Counted from the stretch's first letter, positions 13,178-26,631 are shown. The stretch is DNA of 64,000 bases from Octopus vulgaris (GCA_951406725.2 OX597831.1:70556001-70620000); one strand, 5' to 3'. Program-made: numbers and translations. Notes: generated by a model not told the origin, from the sequence alone.

Positions 13178-13394
13178 ATATACTTATCTCCCTCATTACT
13201 TAAATGATAAAATAAATATGTTCTCTAATAGGCAGCATTAACGGCAGTAAATTATTTACTGCAGTTTTTGTTTCCGGAATTTAGCGTGCCAGAACTCAGA
13301 CATTTGAAATTAACCCCAATGTAATCGGTGGAACTAGGCACATGTCTGTTTTTATACAGAAAACTGGTGGTTAGTTTCACAAATTATATTGCTT

Positions 13395-13432
13395 TTGGAA
13401 TGATCGCCTTAATAGGCGAAACTGGTTTGCAA
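13395..13432 (+). ncRNA. degenerate minimal hammerhead
   Basis: TTGGA-ATGATC-GCC-TTAATA-GGC-GAAA-CTGG-TT-TGCAA; inside a (TA)n-bounded element (13180-13595) whose 3' end matches 46345-46395. Confidence 0.5.
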
Positions 13433-14958
13433 TTAATTCTTGTTTTTTATATAATTTTCATCTGTCTTGCCTGCCTAATTGTTCTGGTGTCCGCTGAATT
13501 TTTCTCTAGAGAACATTCTTTCTTTGTAGTTTGATCATAGGTGATCTATTTCTAGCATATGGCTGTCCACATAGTGGTTTTTAGCACTTAAAATATACAC
13601 AGATATATATTTATATATATATATACACACATACAAATACATATGTATGTATACATATGTATATGTATGTCCATCCCATCCCATCATGGACAATGGACGT
13701 TAAATGATGATGATGATAATGATATATGTGTGTGTGTATAAATATATATATATATATATATATGTACACACATGCACACACACACACACACACATATCCA
13801 CACACACACACACATATCCACACACACACACACATATCCACACACACACACACATACTATTTCTTTGAAATATTAGTGGCTGTAACTGTGAATATTGCAC
13901 ATTTATACATTAAGTACATGCATGCAGAGAAATTTCTTTTGTTTTCATTTTAAATATTTTTATAAAAGAGAAGAGATATGCATATAAAATATAGCCTTTG
14001 AACATAAACCTATTTCCCTTCAATCAAATAGCTTCCAATTTTAAATTGCTCTTTTTCTTTGTTCTTTGCCAAGTTATAAATGCATATATTTAGCCCCTGA
14101 CACTTATACTTGCATATAACTGAAATTATCCAGGCTGAATTTATCACACTAAGTTGAATGACATAGTTCTTATGGAGTAATATGAATGCAAATGTTACTA
14201 CACATCAATATACTTAAAGATGTATATTAATTAAATACTGTTTTATATTGCTATCAATTAACAATTATTCAGCTTTGAAGAAACACAGTCCGATCATATT
14301 GGGTGTCATTAATGAATTCAAGAAGCCATATCTTCATTTTCTCGAATCCTTCTACACAATGATATCTTTGTTAGTTCTGAGAGTTATAGATTTACTCGAT
14401 GAAAGACATAAAAGAAATTCTAACTCTTCATCTATATTCCTTCTTCAGAAATCTATTTACTCATTGAGTACAGCAACAAGAACTACTCTGAGATAACATA
14501 TATGTATATATATATACACACATATATATATTCTGGTAACAACAATAACAACTATTACAATAAGTAGTTTATTCTGTTATCATTACTGACCAGGAATCTT
14601 CTCAAGAACGACTGAAAACTAATCTAATGGTTGTTTTATTCCTTTCCATTTAGGTTTCCTGTTAGTAGCTATAATCAAGATAACTTGGTGTTCCGTAATT
14701 TGCTTGAAATCTCCGAGAAATACTTTGAGTCCTGAGATTATCATTAGTATTGTTGTGTTAATTTTGCTGCTGCTCCCCTCCTCTGCCTCTTCCAAAACCA
14801 CTACCACGACTACTACTATTATTATGCATGAGTTGTATGCTTTATTTGTTAAGGCAGCTGTTTCTTCAAGGAAATGTTCTTGTGGCTAACCATTGAATCA
14901 GAAAGTAGGATTGCAGCTTGTGTTTTATCAGTTCAGCAGGCAGATGGATGCTCTACCT

Positions 14959-15381
14959 TACTCTTTACTCTTTTACTCTTTTACTTGTTTCAATCATTTG
15001 ACTGTGGCCATGCTAGAGCACTGCCTTTAGTCGAGCAAATCGACCCTGGGACTTATTCTTTGTAAGCCCAGTACTTATTCCATCGGTCTCTTTTTGCCGA
15101 ACCGCTAAGTGACGAGGACGTAAACACACCAGAATCGGTTGTCAAGCAATGCTAGAGGGACAAGCACAGACACACAAACACATACACATACATACATATA
15201 CATATATATACATATATACGACAGGCTTCTTTCAGTTTCCATCTACCAAATCCACTCACAAGGCTTTGGTCGCCCCGAGGCTATAGCAGAAGACACTTGC
15301 CCAAGATGCCATGCAGTGGGACTGAACCCGGAACCATGTGGTTGGTAAGCAAGCTACTTACCACACAGCCACTCCTGCGCC
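14959..15381 (-). mobile_element. SINE family A
   Basis: Colinear with the other copies. Confidence 0.9.
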
Positions 15382-15410
15382 TATGTTCAGAATATAATTT
15401 GAACATGAGA

Positions 15411-15760
15411 TTACAAGGGTTGGCTGAAATGTTCACAGGCTAACCAAGATACTTTCATGTAATGTAACCAAATGGGGTTTATTTTTCAACATAGTTCCCC
15501 TTGCGGTCCACATACTTCTTCCATTGATATTGCAGAGCTTGGATCCTGTTGGTGAAAAAAGTCATCAACAGAAAATATGATGTCAACATCACTGCAATAC
15601 TGGTTTCCAGTCAACTGTTTTTTTCCTGTTGGAGGCAGATGGAACCAAATAAGAATTGGGATGGTTACACACAGCAGCCATTGAAGCCAAACACTTGTGT
15701 ACTGGAGCATTGTCCTAATAAAGCAAAACCCTTTTCGTCAGTTATCCTGGGCATTTAGTC
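15411..15760 (-). mobile_element. mariner transposon 3' remnant
   Basis: Minus strand IQALQYQWKKYVDRKGNYVEK (mariner C-terminus); TA-CAAGGGTTGGCTGAAATGTTC TIR-like end. Confidence 0.65.
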
Positions 15761-15916
15761 TTGGTAGAACAAATTGACCCCAGGACTTTTAAAGCCATGT
15801 ACTTATTCTGTTGGTCACGTTTTGATAAACCGCTAAGTTATGGAGATGTAAACACACTGACAACAGTGGTCAAGCAGTGATGGGGTACAAACAAACACAG
15901 ACATAAAAACATGCAC

Positions 15917-15966
<50 letters not shown>

Positions 15967-15976
15967 GTGCATGTTT

Positions 15977-16078
15977 GGTGATGGGGGACAAACAAACACA
16001 GACATAAAAACATGCACCCATATATATATATATATGGGTGCATGTTTTTATGTCTGTGTTTGTTTGTCCCCCATCACC
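15977..16078. repeat. perfect 102-bp palindrome centred on (AT)8
   Basis: 43-bp arms are exact reverse complements; the left arm duplicates SINE sequence at 15877-15918. Confidence 0.9.
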
Positions 16079-16425
<347 letters not shown>

Positions 16426-16475
16426 CACATATATATATATAAATATATACATAACATACATACATATATAATATA

Positions 16476-16973
16476 CTAGCAGTATCGCCCGGCGTTGCTC
16501 GGGTTTGTAAGGGAAATAACTATATAAGCATTTTTAGAGAGTTACTTCCTTTATAGATGCCAATTCGGGCTTTCTTAGCCATTTCTGTTTTGGTGTCTTC
16601 AAGCCATGAAGTCGTTCTAAAAGAACGCTGGTCTCCTTGACAATGCATTACGATGTTGATTTCCTTACACTCCCTTCCCCACAGTTTCACGAGGGAGGGA
16701 AGAAGGGGGAGAAGCAAACACAGGTGCAGGTGTTTGAGTGTGGACGCCAACTCCGCCGCCATCGACACACGAAAAATTATGCATTAAAATGGAATAAAAA
16801 ATGATGTTAAGTTATTTTTAAAATCGTAGACTCATTGTAGACGCACGCTAATAGCCAGACGGGCTTGATATTAATCACGACTATAAGATACCCGAATTTG
16901 GTTAAACTGCACCGCAAAATGTGGGAGTAGTTAGGAATCTAAATCGAAGGGGATAGACACTCACACAACTACA

Positions 16974-16985
<12 letters not shown>
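16476..16985 (-). mobile_element. non-autonomous Helitron
   Basis: 3' end CCCGAGCAACGCCGGG hairpin, then CTAG followed by T; both ends homologous to 50844-51241. Confidence 0.8.
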
Positions 16986-17008
<23 letters not shown>

Positions 17009-18189
17009 GATGGGCTTCTTTCAATTTCTCTCTACCAAATCCTCTCACTATGTTTTCACTTGCCCAATGAACCACACAGTAGGACTGAACCTGGAATCCT
17101 GTAGTTGGGAAGCAAGCGTCTTACCACACAAGAAGAAATCAGTATTTAAGCATTTGGTTTTAGTCTGATTTTCTCACTTTGTCTTTATCTACAGACTCAT
17201 CCTTTTGCTTAGAACATGGTTCATAGATTCTTCTTTTGTTGCCAACTCTTAACTGTATTTCAAAGAGATGTTTGGATTTTTCTTAGTTCCCTATACTCTT
17301 CAGAACTTCTGAATCTTCTTTTCTTTTTACATATTTGTCATATTTTAGTACCATTTTTGTGGTGTTACATGTGTTGTGCAAGACAATGCCATGACTCAAT
17401 TCAAGGAGCAGGTGATGAACACTAATACAGTTGCTCTTTCCTTATCAAGAAGTTTTTTTCCTTTATGTCTTGCATGTAACTCCAGTTTTACTTGGTTTTC
17501 CAGTTGACTAAGGCCAGCAAAAGTAAGGGTGTGCATGCGCGCACATGTGTGTGTGTAGCTACTGGTTTACTTGGATAAGCATTTGCCATAGACTAGTAAA
17601 AGATCTTCTGTCCAGTATAATAAATACAATGTATTTGGCTATAATAATTTCCTAGGAGAGTTGATATTGTCTGAACTAATTTGACTCAAGCCAGGTTAAG
17701 ATGCTTTTCAGCCAATGTAAGGACAAAGAGAAGCCAAAAGACTTTGCTGATGATAAAGAAATGACTGATGACTTCATCTCTTAACCAGAGGTTGAAAATA
17801 TTAAAGAGTCTTGGTGATGTGTTGAAGGAGAAGAAATTTTCAGCTCATAAAACAGATTATAGTATTCTCAAAGAGATGAAAGAAGATGTTTATTATTACT
17901 GAAAGACACACTTTTTGGCTCTTAAATGAATACTACAAGCAGAGAAGATGCATGTTTTTTGTGAATTTGATAAGATGTTAGTTGATGAACAATCTGCTGA
18001 AGATGACCTCATATGAATGTAACTAATTGATGGACTATCAAATTCTGCACTTTGTCCTAAAACATTAGAACAAAGGCAGTTCCATATTCAGCAGTTTGAA
18101 AAGATTAAGAATTTTATACTAAAAGTGTTACATGTACACAAGAACCTACCGGAAAAGTCACATGTAAGTTTTGTGACTATACCCTTCAT

Positions 18190-18661
18190 ATGGGTTCCTC
18201 ATGCAGCAATGGGCAAGTGTCTTTTATATTATAGACCCAGGCTGACCAGTGTCTTGTGAGTGGATTCTGTGGATGGAAATTGAAGAAAAGCCTTGTTGAT
18301 CTAATACATATGAATAATACATTTATGTATATATACATATATATATATACATATGTACACACATACACACCCATATGTGTGTGCGTGTATTCATGTATGT
18401 ATGTGTGGGTGTGCATGTGTGTCTTGACACTTCGTGGCAGCTGTAAAACAATTATCACCATCATACAAATGATGTCATTTGTTTCCATTCTTCCATGAAA
18501 ACATGTTCAGTATTGGGAAAATATTAACTTGATTACGAACAAGTGCAAGGTGGTGCCAGCAATGGCATTCAGCTGTTGGAAATCTGCTTCAATGCATTCC
18601 ATCTGATCCAGCCAAGCATAGGAAAGTGAGCATTAAAACGATGATGATGATGATGATGATG
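18190..18661 (+). mobile_element. old SINE: family-A head, microsatellite and RTE-like (GAT)n tail
   Basis: GGGCAAGTGTCTT...GTGAGTGGATT head; tail GGCATTCAGCTGTTGGAAA...AGCATAGGAAAGTG..CATTAAAACGATGATG. Confidence 0.6.
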
Positions 18662-19993
18662 CTTATATGAAGAAAATCCATTTTCAATCTGCTGGTCAAT
18701 TAGGAAGACATTTGAGAATTTGCACAAATTTGCTGCTGCTAATACAGGTAGTGACCAGGAATCAAGTAGTGTCTTCACCATTTGGAGCAGTAATGCAAAC
18801 TCACTGGCTTCCATTAAATTGAGCAATGTCACTTATTCATTGCACAATCTGACAATAACAAGTGCTTAAAAGGTTAAAAAGCTGAAATAAAAATTTCAAA
18901 ATAGCACTAAACCTGCATATTATGAATTTAGACAACTTCCTGTGCATATATATCCCCTCGTTAAGGTGAAATTAAAGGAAATGATAGATAATAGCTCCAC
19001 ACTTCCTATTTAGATTAAAAATCTTTAGTGTTCATATTTCGTCCCAGAAGAGAACTGCCTAAAGTAACATCTGCTAGAATATTATAGTGGGCAAACCAGT
19101 TTTTGCTGCTTTTGACTGTGTGAGTTATAAATAAAAGGCAATACAATTCACCATGCTATTACTGTATCTAGAATGGAAGTCAATGAGCCAATAAAGTCAG
19201 GTTAGTGGACAACAGAGACATCATTTATTTATTGGATGCAAATAGATGTACTGAAAATAGGAAATAGAGGAATTGTGAAATGAAACAAAGAATGATGTAA
19301 TAAATGGAATAATTGCACTGATAAGCAATTAGACAAAGACTCGCTGTTGATAACGAGATTCTTTGCAATGAAAACATCGATGTTTTTGTGGTGATGCAGT
19401 AGATTTTCATTAAAGCCATACATGATGGCTTTCAATGTGGAGAATTGCATCTAAAAATAGACTGCGACTAAAAGCATTCTGGTCGAGATCTTGTAATGAT
19501 ATTGCAAAGTATGTTTAAGATTGCACTAAATGCTGTCAAATCCAACCCATGCCAACATTTCCTGAGCATACATGGTCAATAGAAGTAAATCCATGATCAT
19601 CTATACAAATCGATCATGGAGATATTCCTGATTTTACTTTGTTCTTATGTTTTCTGATTGGCTGGGAGACACCAGGGATAACGACTAGTCTCCTAAAACA
19701 GTGATCAATGTTCTGAGAGATATTTTTATTAAGAATAGAGTTCTATACTCTTTTACTCTTTTACTTGTTTCAGTCATTTGACTGCGGCCATGCTGGAGCA
19801 CCACCTTTAGTCGAGCAAATCCACCCCGGGACTTATTCTTTCTAAGCCCAGTACTTATTCTATCAGTCTCTTTTGCCGAACCGCTAAGTGACGGGGACGT
19901 AAACACACCAGCATCGGTTGTCAAGCAATGCTAGAGGGACAAACATATACACACAAACACACACATATATATATATACATATATATATACTTA

Positions 19994-20972
19994 ATGTCAG
20001 TGTAATGTCAGTGTAATGTCAGTGTTCATAGTCGACAGAGTGTAAGTACCTTGAGAGAAAAGTTGGACCTAAGAGGCATCAGATGTTGTGTGCAAGAGAG
20101 ACGATTGCACTGGTATGGTCATGTGGCGAGAATGGATGAAGATAGGTGTGTGAAAAAGTGCCACACCCTGGCAGTTGAGGGGACCTGTGGAAGAGGCAGA
20201 CCCAGGAAAACCTGGGTCGAGGTGGTGAAGCACGACCTTCGAACTCTAGGTCTCACCAAGGAAATGTCCAGAGACCGAGACCTATGGAAGTATGCTGTGT
20301 GTCAGAAGACCCGGCAAGACCAGTGAGAACAATCAAAATCAAATCATATATCAGAAACCAGTGGTTAAGTGAACCATCCATTCGTGTCCGCTGCCAGCCT
20401 CGTCTGGCACCCGTGTCGGTGATACGTAAAAGCACCATTCGCTTGTGGCCGTTTACCAGCTCTGTCTGGCCCCCGTGTCGGTGGCACATAAAAGCACCAT
20501 CCGTGCGTGTCAGTTGCCAGCCTTGCCTGGCCCCGTGCCAGTGACACGTAAAAGCACCATCCGTTCGTGGCTGTTTGCCAGCACTGTCTGGCCCCCGTGT
20601 CGGTGGCATGTAAAAGCACCATCCATTCGCGTCCGTTGCCAGCCTCGCCTGGCCCCCGTGCTGGTGACACATAAAAGCACCATCCGTTCGTGGCCGTTTG
20701 CCAGCTCTGTCTGGCCCCATGCCGGTGACATGTAAAAGCACCATCCGTTCATGGCCGTTTGCCAGCTCTGTCTGGCACCTGTGCAGGTGGCATGTAAAAA
20801 ACACCCACTACACTCACGGAGTGGTTGGCGTTAGGAAGGGCATCCAGCCATAGAAACACTGCCAGATCTGACTGGGCCTGACGAAGCCTTCCAGCTTCAC
20901 AGACCCCAGTTGAACCATCCAACCCATGCTAGCATGGAAAGTGGACGCTAAATGATGATGATGTTGATGATG
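19994..20972 (+). mobile_element. 5'-truncated RTE LINE (ORF C-terminus and 3' UTR)
   Basis: RRLHWYGHVARMDEDRCVKKC...GRGRPRKTW; (GAT)n tail; apparent TSD ATACTTA at 19987-19993 and 20973-20979. Confidence 0.9.
20373..20805 (+). repeat. seven ~60-62-bp tandem units in the RTE 3' UTR
   Basis: Unit ACCATCCRTTCGTGKCCGTT(T)GCCAG-N6-CTGGCCCCCGTGYCGGTGRCACGTAAAAGC, arranged ABABABB. Confidence 0.9.
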
Positions 20973-21948
20973 ATACTTATATACGACAGGCTTCTTTCAG
21001 TTTCCGTCTACCAAATCCACTCACAAGGCTTTGGTTTTTCAAACTGCTGTAGATTTCTGTGATGCAGCCTTGTTAAAACGATGTAAGAAGTTAAGCTGCA
21101 AACCTTTTAAGGTGCCACCATACAATTCAGTGTCGAGTGGTCAGATTAAAAGAATGATAGAGACTATGAAAGTGAAAGTTAAAGCTTTTTCTAAGCAATA
21201 TGGATACTTTGATGCCTCGTTATAATGGTTTCTACTCAGTTACTGGCCAATTCTCATGTTGGAAGAAAGAAAAGGCCTTCAGCATTGATGGGATATCAGA
21301 TAAGATAACCTCTAATACTGTCTTTTGATATTGATATTCCTCTGTGAGATATTCCTAAACCCAATGCAATAACTGGAAAAGCTTGATATCTAATACTGAA
21401 GGCCAGAAATATGTCACAAGAGATTAAGAAAAGACAAAACATTTGTAGCATACAATGATCAAATAAGAAAAGGATCTGAGGATAATGAAGAAAAGTAAAA
21501 GATGGGATTGTAAAGTAAAACTGGAATGAAATCCAGGTAACCAGAAGACTGGTTTGTAACAACTGATGACAACCCATCATCTTATGAAAGCTAATGATCA
21601 TTCTAAATGTTTAAATGGTGTTAGTTGAAGCAAAAGGGTGAGCATGAGAGCTATTTGCAAATGGTATGAGGAAATGTAGTGTCATATTTTTATTATTGTA
21701 GTGTTGCACGCTTTTTGGATGACAATGTTAAGTGACTCAAACTGATGGTCACATGATAAAGACTGATTAGCATAGCTGTCCTTTCTGCATCAAGAAGCTT
21801 CTTACTTCTTGTGGCCAAGGGCTGTTTTATTTAGTCTTTCAGTTGATTAAGGTCAACAAAAATAAGGTAACACTCATGACTACCTTCACAAATATTTTGT
21901 TGTAAGATTGCTTTAAATGGATTGGAATGCTGTCCAGGACAAGAAATA

Positions 21949-23244
21949 TTAGATCATCTCATAAATAATGCAGTTTTTTTTATATTTCTTTTATTTTGCA
22001 AAATTAAGATAAACAAAATTCTTTCTTAATTAAAAATATACTCTCCTTCATTTTCTACAATGGGGCTATGTCTGGTCAATAGGGTGGGTTGGTCATTGGT
22101 TCCCATTCAAACTGTTTCGACCTTTGGAATGTCATCCTTGCTGTATGTGGCCAAGTATTATTCTGATGGAAGAACACCTTTCGGCTTGAAACCAAAGATG
22201 GTTGTTTTTCTTCAAGTGCTGACTTAAGCCACCCAAGCTGCTCACAGTAGATCTCCTTTGTTATCATTTGGTTTGGGTTTTAAAGTCTAAAGTGTACCAA
22301 ACTTTTCATATCCAACCAAACAGATAGCAACACCTTATGTGGGTGAAGACCTTCTTAAGCCTGGGATGCTTTCCGTATCCACTGCCTTCAGCATTTCTTG
22401 TCACCAGTCACTACTCAGTCCAAAAAAAGGTTCATTCATGTAATGTGACAGGAAAGAACATTCACTCTCTGGACTTGAACTGTTTGTGAGGAACCCATTA
22501 ACCCTTTCATTACCAACCCGGCTGAAACCGCCTCTGGCTCTGAGTACAAATGTCTTGTTTTCATAAGTTTTGAATTAAAATCTTCCACCAAACCTTAGTC
22601 ACACTTTATGTTCCTAACACTAGCTTAATGATAACGAAGTTATTTTACAAAAATTCGTTGTTATATCTAAAATAATTGAGAGAAATACAGAGCATCTCAA
22701 AATAAATACAGTAACGAAAGGATTAACTCAATTTGCTGACTTTAACGATGGCATGCAGGCGTCAGTGAATAATTGAATGACCAAATCCAAGCTTCTCTGA
22801 TAGAGCCTCAACAGTTATCATGAGATTTTGTTCCACCAGGGTTTGTAGGACGTCCTTGTCAAGCTCTATAGGTCTTCCAGGATGAGGCATGTCTTCAAGG
22901 CTGTAGTTTCGGCTTGGAATTTCTGGAACCACTGTTGACACTGGCTTACGCTTATTATCCAATCCCCATATACTGTATTAATATTCCTCGCACTTTTCAT
23001 TGCATTGTTTCTTTTATTGAACACAGAAAACAAAATATGCTGAATATGCTTTGTCACTTCCATTATAGCTTTGGAAAAATAACTGTTAAAATCGAACTGC
23101 ATTCTTCAAAACTTGCAGAGAATAAGGACAAGGTAAAATTACTACCTGCTTTTATATCAACTTGGTGCAGGTAGTTTATCCTATCCCCCTCCAACTTTTA
23201 GCTCATGCAACTTCAAAAGCTGCATTATTTATGGGATGACCCAA
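21949..23244 (-). mobile_element. internally deleted mariner element with both TIRs
   Basis: TIRs TTAGATCATCTCATAAATAATGCAG / CTGCATTATTTATGGGATGACCCAA; FFHQNNTWPHTA...PPY, QQWFQKF and SLEDMPHPGRP motifs. Confidence 0.9.
22502..22722. mobile_element. piggyBac-type MITE inserted in the mariner
   Basis: TTAA TSDs (22498-22501 and 22723-22726); TIRs CCCTTTCATTAC / GTAACGAAAGGA. Confidence 0.85.
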
Positions 23245-23559
23245 TGCTATCTATTTAGTATTAGCACATAATACATAATTTCCCTTATTAGGCAAACAGT
23301 CTTCACAACTAATTAGACTCCTCCTTTTTTTTTACTTTGCACAGTTCTTTATAAATACATCAATTTTAATATGTAATGCTTCATGTATGTTCATTAGTTT
23401 TTAAGATTTCCAATGTAAAATATATTTTCATTTTCTAGTCCATTTTGAGATTCCTGCAAAATGTACCAAAAGAGCCGTAGCTCCTCTCTCAATAACTACA
23501 CTCTTAATTTTACCATTCAGCTTACATGTAAACAGCAACTTTAATCGTCTGAAATGTTC

Positions 23560-23900
23560 CTTTTTGAAAAAGCTTCTAGCTGTTAATTTCCTATATCTTT
23601 TTTAGTTCTGATTTAAGTAAGTTGTTTATAGTTCTCTCTCTACTTACCTGTTTTTATCATTTCTTTGTTTGGTAATTGTATCTTGTTACTTTCCCCTTAT
23701 ATTTCTTCTATTCATTATTAAACCTCCACGTTTGCTCATCACAAATTCCATCCTACTATCTTCATAAAATCCATGTACTGTTTGTATATTTCAAGAGCCT
23801 ATTTGCTTTTCATTCCGAGCAAACAGTTTCAAGTCATCCATAAAAAGAAAATGTGCTACTTTATGTTGCATATATCTACTATTTACCATTCTTGAAGAGA
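23560..23900 (-). mobile_element. R4/Dong-like RT remnant
   Basis: [21 protein letters not shown] catalytic motif. Confidence 0.65.
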
Positions 23901-23966
23901 AGCAGCATTTAAAGTATATGGACAAACACAATACTTGCATACACATGCACACACACATACAGAAAG

Positions 23967-24151
<185 letters not shown>

Positions 24152-24167
24152 CATACATATACACAAA

Positions 24168-24202
<35 letters not shown>

Positions 24203-25029
24203 CATATATATTTATAAAATATACATAACCACAAAACAATACACGCTATGCCTACTCACATGCATATTAGCACAAATACATATACACACGTGTGGGAAGG
24301 AATAAAAACCACATCAATAAAAGAAAGAAGTGCTGTCATTTGAACATCGCTAAACCATTTATCAGAGAAAGTTAGGTTCAATACATTTCTGAAAAGTTGC
24401 AGTCTTCCCATATTTACAAGCTCTACACCTGATTTCAAATTGCTCTCTATTTGAAAAGATATTTTACACATGACAGGTTCTAGCTTTCAAAAATTGTCAA
24501 TGAAATGGTTATCACTATTAAGATGTTTCAACAGAATCTTGTTATGTTTTCGTATCTATTACGTTTTTCTAGTTTTATGTATGTATTTACAGTCACATGT
24601 ATAGACATGTGGTTAAGACATTTACATGTAACTACATGGTCCTGTTTGATTCTACTATACAGACACCTTGGAAAAGTGTCCTCTATTGTTGGTTGAGCAT
24701 GACCAACACCATGTGAATGTAATTTAGTTCACGCAAACTGTGTTGTGGTATTTTACACACACATGTGTGCATGGATGCACACACATACATATGCATGCAC
24801 ATCTATGTGTGCGCATACATGCACGCATGTGTGTGTGTTTGTGTGTATAGTAGAATGTTGAGCTGCATCCCTCTATCTGTAAAGGGAACTTATTGCCTTT
24901 AATAAATAGAGAGTGAGTAAAGAATGCTACTGGGGTTCATATGACTCATTAAAACTCTTAAAGATTTGCTCCAGCATGGCCATAGAGCCGTGATTGAACT
25001 GAGTGAAAAAAGAACATACCGTTAATGTT

Positions 25030-26137
25030 ATTAGTAGACTTGATGAATAGTTAGAGTGTCAGACAGTATTTGTCCTATGCCTTTTTGCTCCAATTTCAAA
25101 TCCAATCAAATTTTTTTTGCCTTTCATCCCTTTCAGGCGAATAAAACAAAGGCTGGTTGTCTCAACTAACCTCTCTTCCCCAAAACCATTGGATTTGTGT
25201 CTCAATTAGAAACCATTATTGTTAATATCAATATTATTATTGAGTGAGAGAGCATGCCGTTAAAGTGCTGCTGGCTGCAAATATACGAAACCCAATATGC
25301 GCATCATGATTACCTGTCTGATAAGGGTACACCAGGCTTATACATCACAGCCATATTGAGTGTGATGTGGTGTCCGCATATCAAGATAAACTCCTTACGA
25401 ATCAATGTAATTAACTTACCCTACATTGAATTTGCTGGTCTTGTGCCAAAACTTGAACCATCATTTCTATTCTTAAGGTGTCAAGCTGGCAGAATTATTA
25501 ACATATCAAATGAAATACATTGTGCCATTTCTTCCGATTCTTTGCATTCTGAGTTCGGATTTCCTCAAGGTCAACTTTGTCTGTCATCATTTCAGGATCC
25601 ATAAAATAAGTACCATTTGAGCACTGGAGTTAATATAATTGACTAAGCCTCAGCTCCAAAAGTTCAGGCCTTGTGCCTGTAGTAGAGAGCATAATTATTA
25701 TTGTTGTTGTTATTAGGATGGCCAATTGACAGAGCATCAGAAAATATGAGCATCAGAAAAAATGGTTGGCAGCATGTAGGTTCTGAGTTCAAATTCTGTT
25801 GAAAGACAACTTTGTCTTTCATTCTTGTAGGATCAATAAACTAAAGTACCAGTGAAGTACTGTGGTCGATGCAATCATCTTTCCCTCTCCCCTCTAAAGA
25901 GCTAGTTTTGTGCCAAATTTAGAAAAAAATTATTATAATTAGCAGTACTTTGCTGAATGCTACGTTCTGAGTTCAAATTCTGCCGGTTACTTCATTCTGA
26001 GTTCAAATTCCACTGAGGTCGATTTTGCCTTTCATCCTTTGGGGACCAATAAAATAAGTACCAGTTGAGTACTGGGGTCAATGTAATTAACTAACCTCCT
26101 CCCTAAAATTTCGGGCCTTCTACCAGCAGTAAAAAGG

Positions 26138-26140
<3 letters not shown>
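25030..26140 (+). mobile_element. head-to-tail cluster of ~4 Nin/Deu-domain-like SINE copies
   Basis: Repeated TTCTGAGTTCAAATTC...TTTGCCTTTCATCCTTT.GGG...ATAAAATAAGTACCAG...GGCCTTGTGCC, separated by (ATT)n. Confidence 0.7.
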
Positions 26141-26190
<50 letters not shown>

Positions 26191-26233
26191 CATCATCATC
26201 ATCATTATTATTATTTTAATTTTTATTATTAGT

Positions 26234-26566
26234 GAAGGCGCATGGCTCAGTGATTAGAGTGTCAAGCTTACGATCGTGAGGTTGTGAGTTCAAATCCCGG
26301 ACCGGATTTGAACTCACTTGAGCAAGACACTTCATTTCACGTTGCTCCAGTTCACTCAGCTGTAGAAATGAGTTGCAACGTCACAGGTGCCAAGCTGTAT
26401 CGGCCCCTTTGCCTTTCCCTTGGATAACACTGGTGATGTGGAGAAGGGAAGCCGGTATGCATGGGCGACTGCTGGTCTTCCATAAACAACCTTGCCTGGA
26501 CTTGTGCCTGGGAGGGTAACTTTCTAGGTGCAATCCCATGGTCAGTCATAACTGAAGAGGGTCTCA
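26234..26566 (+). mobile_element. tRNA-derived SINE family B
   Basis: A box TGGCTCAGTGATT, B box GAGTTCAAATCCC, CTTGAGCAAGACACTT core; second copy at 51655-51973; embedded in (ATT)n. Confidence 0.85.
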
Positions 26567-26631
26567 GCTCAACTCAGCTATTATTATTATTATTATTATT
26601 ATTATCATTATTATTATTATTAATTATTATA

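Larger units (their letters stand above)
19746..21035 (-). mobile_element. SINE family A, split by an RTE insertion and 5'-truncated
   Basis: SINE tail half at 19746-19990; the sequence resumes at 20975-21035. Confidence 0.85.
17560..21500 (+). mobile_element. decayed Gypsy LTR-retrotransposon internal region with nested insertions
   Basis: KPAYYEFRQLPVHIYPLVKVKLKEMID (~18910-18990, RT start), TVINVLRDIF (~19700) and PPYNSVSSGQIKRMIETMK (~21115-21170, integrase core). Confidence 0.65.

Noticed and set aside
20373-20805. CRISPR-like repeat/spacer array
   Set aside because: Eukaryotic context, spacers homologous to each other, located in an RTE 3' UTR, and no cas genes
20373-20840. Assigning the unit to HDV-like, twister or pistol ribozymes
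   Set aside because: Only partial resemblance (CCUCGY loop; stem followed by UAAAA); I could not build the required P2/P4 helices or catalytic junctions
21560-21600. CTGATGA...GAAAGCTA
   Set aside because: No stem I or stem II pairing; likely chance
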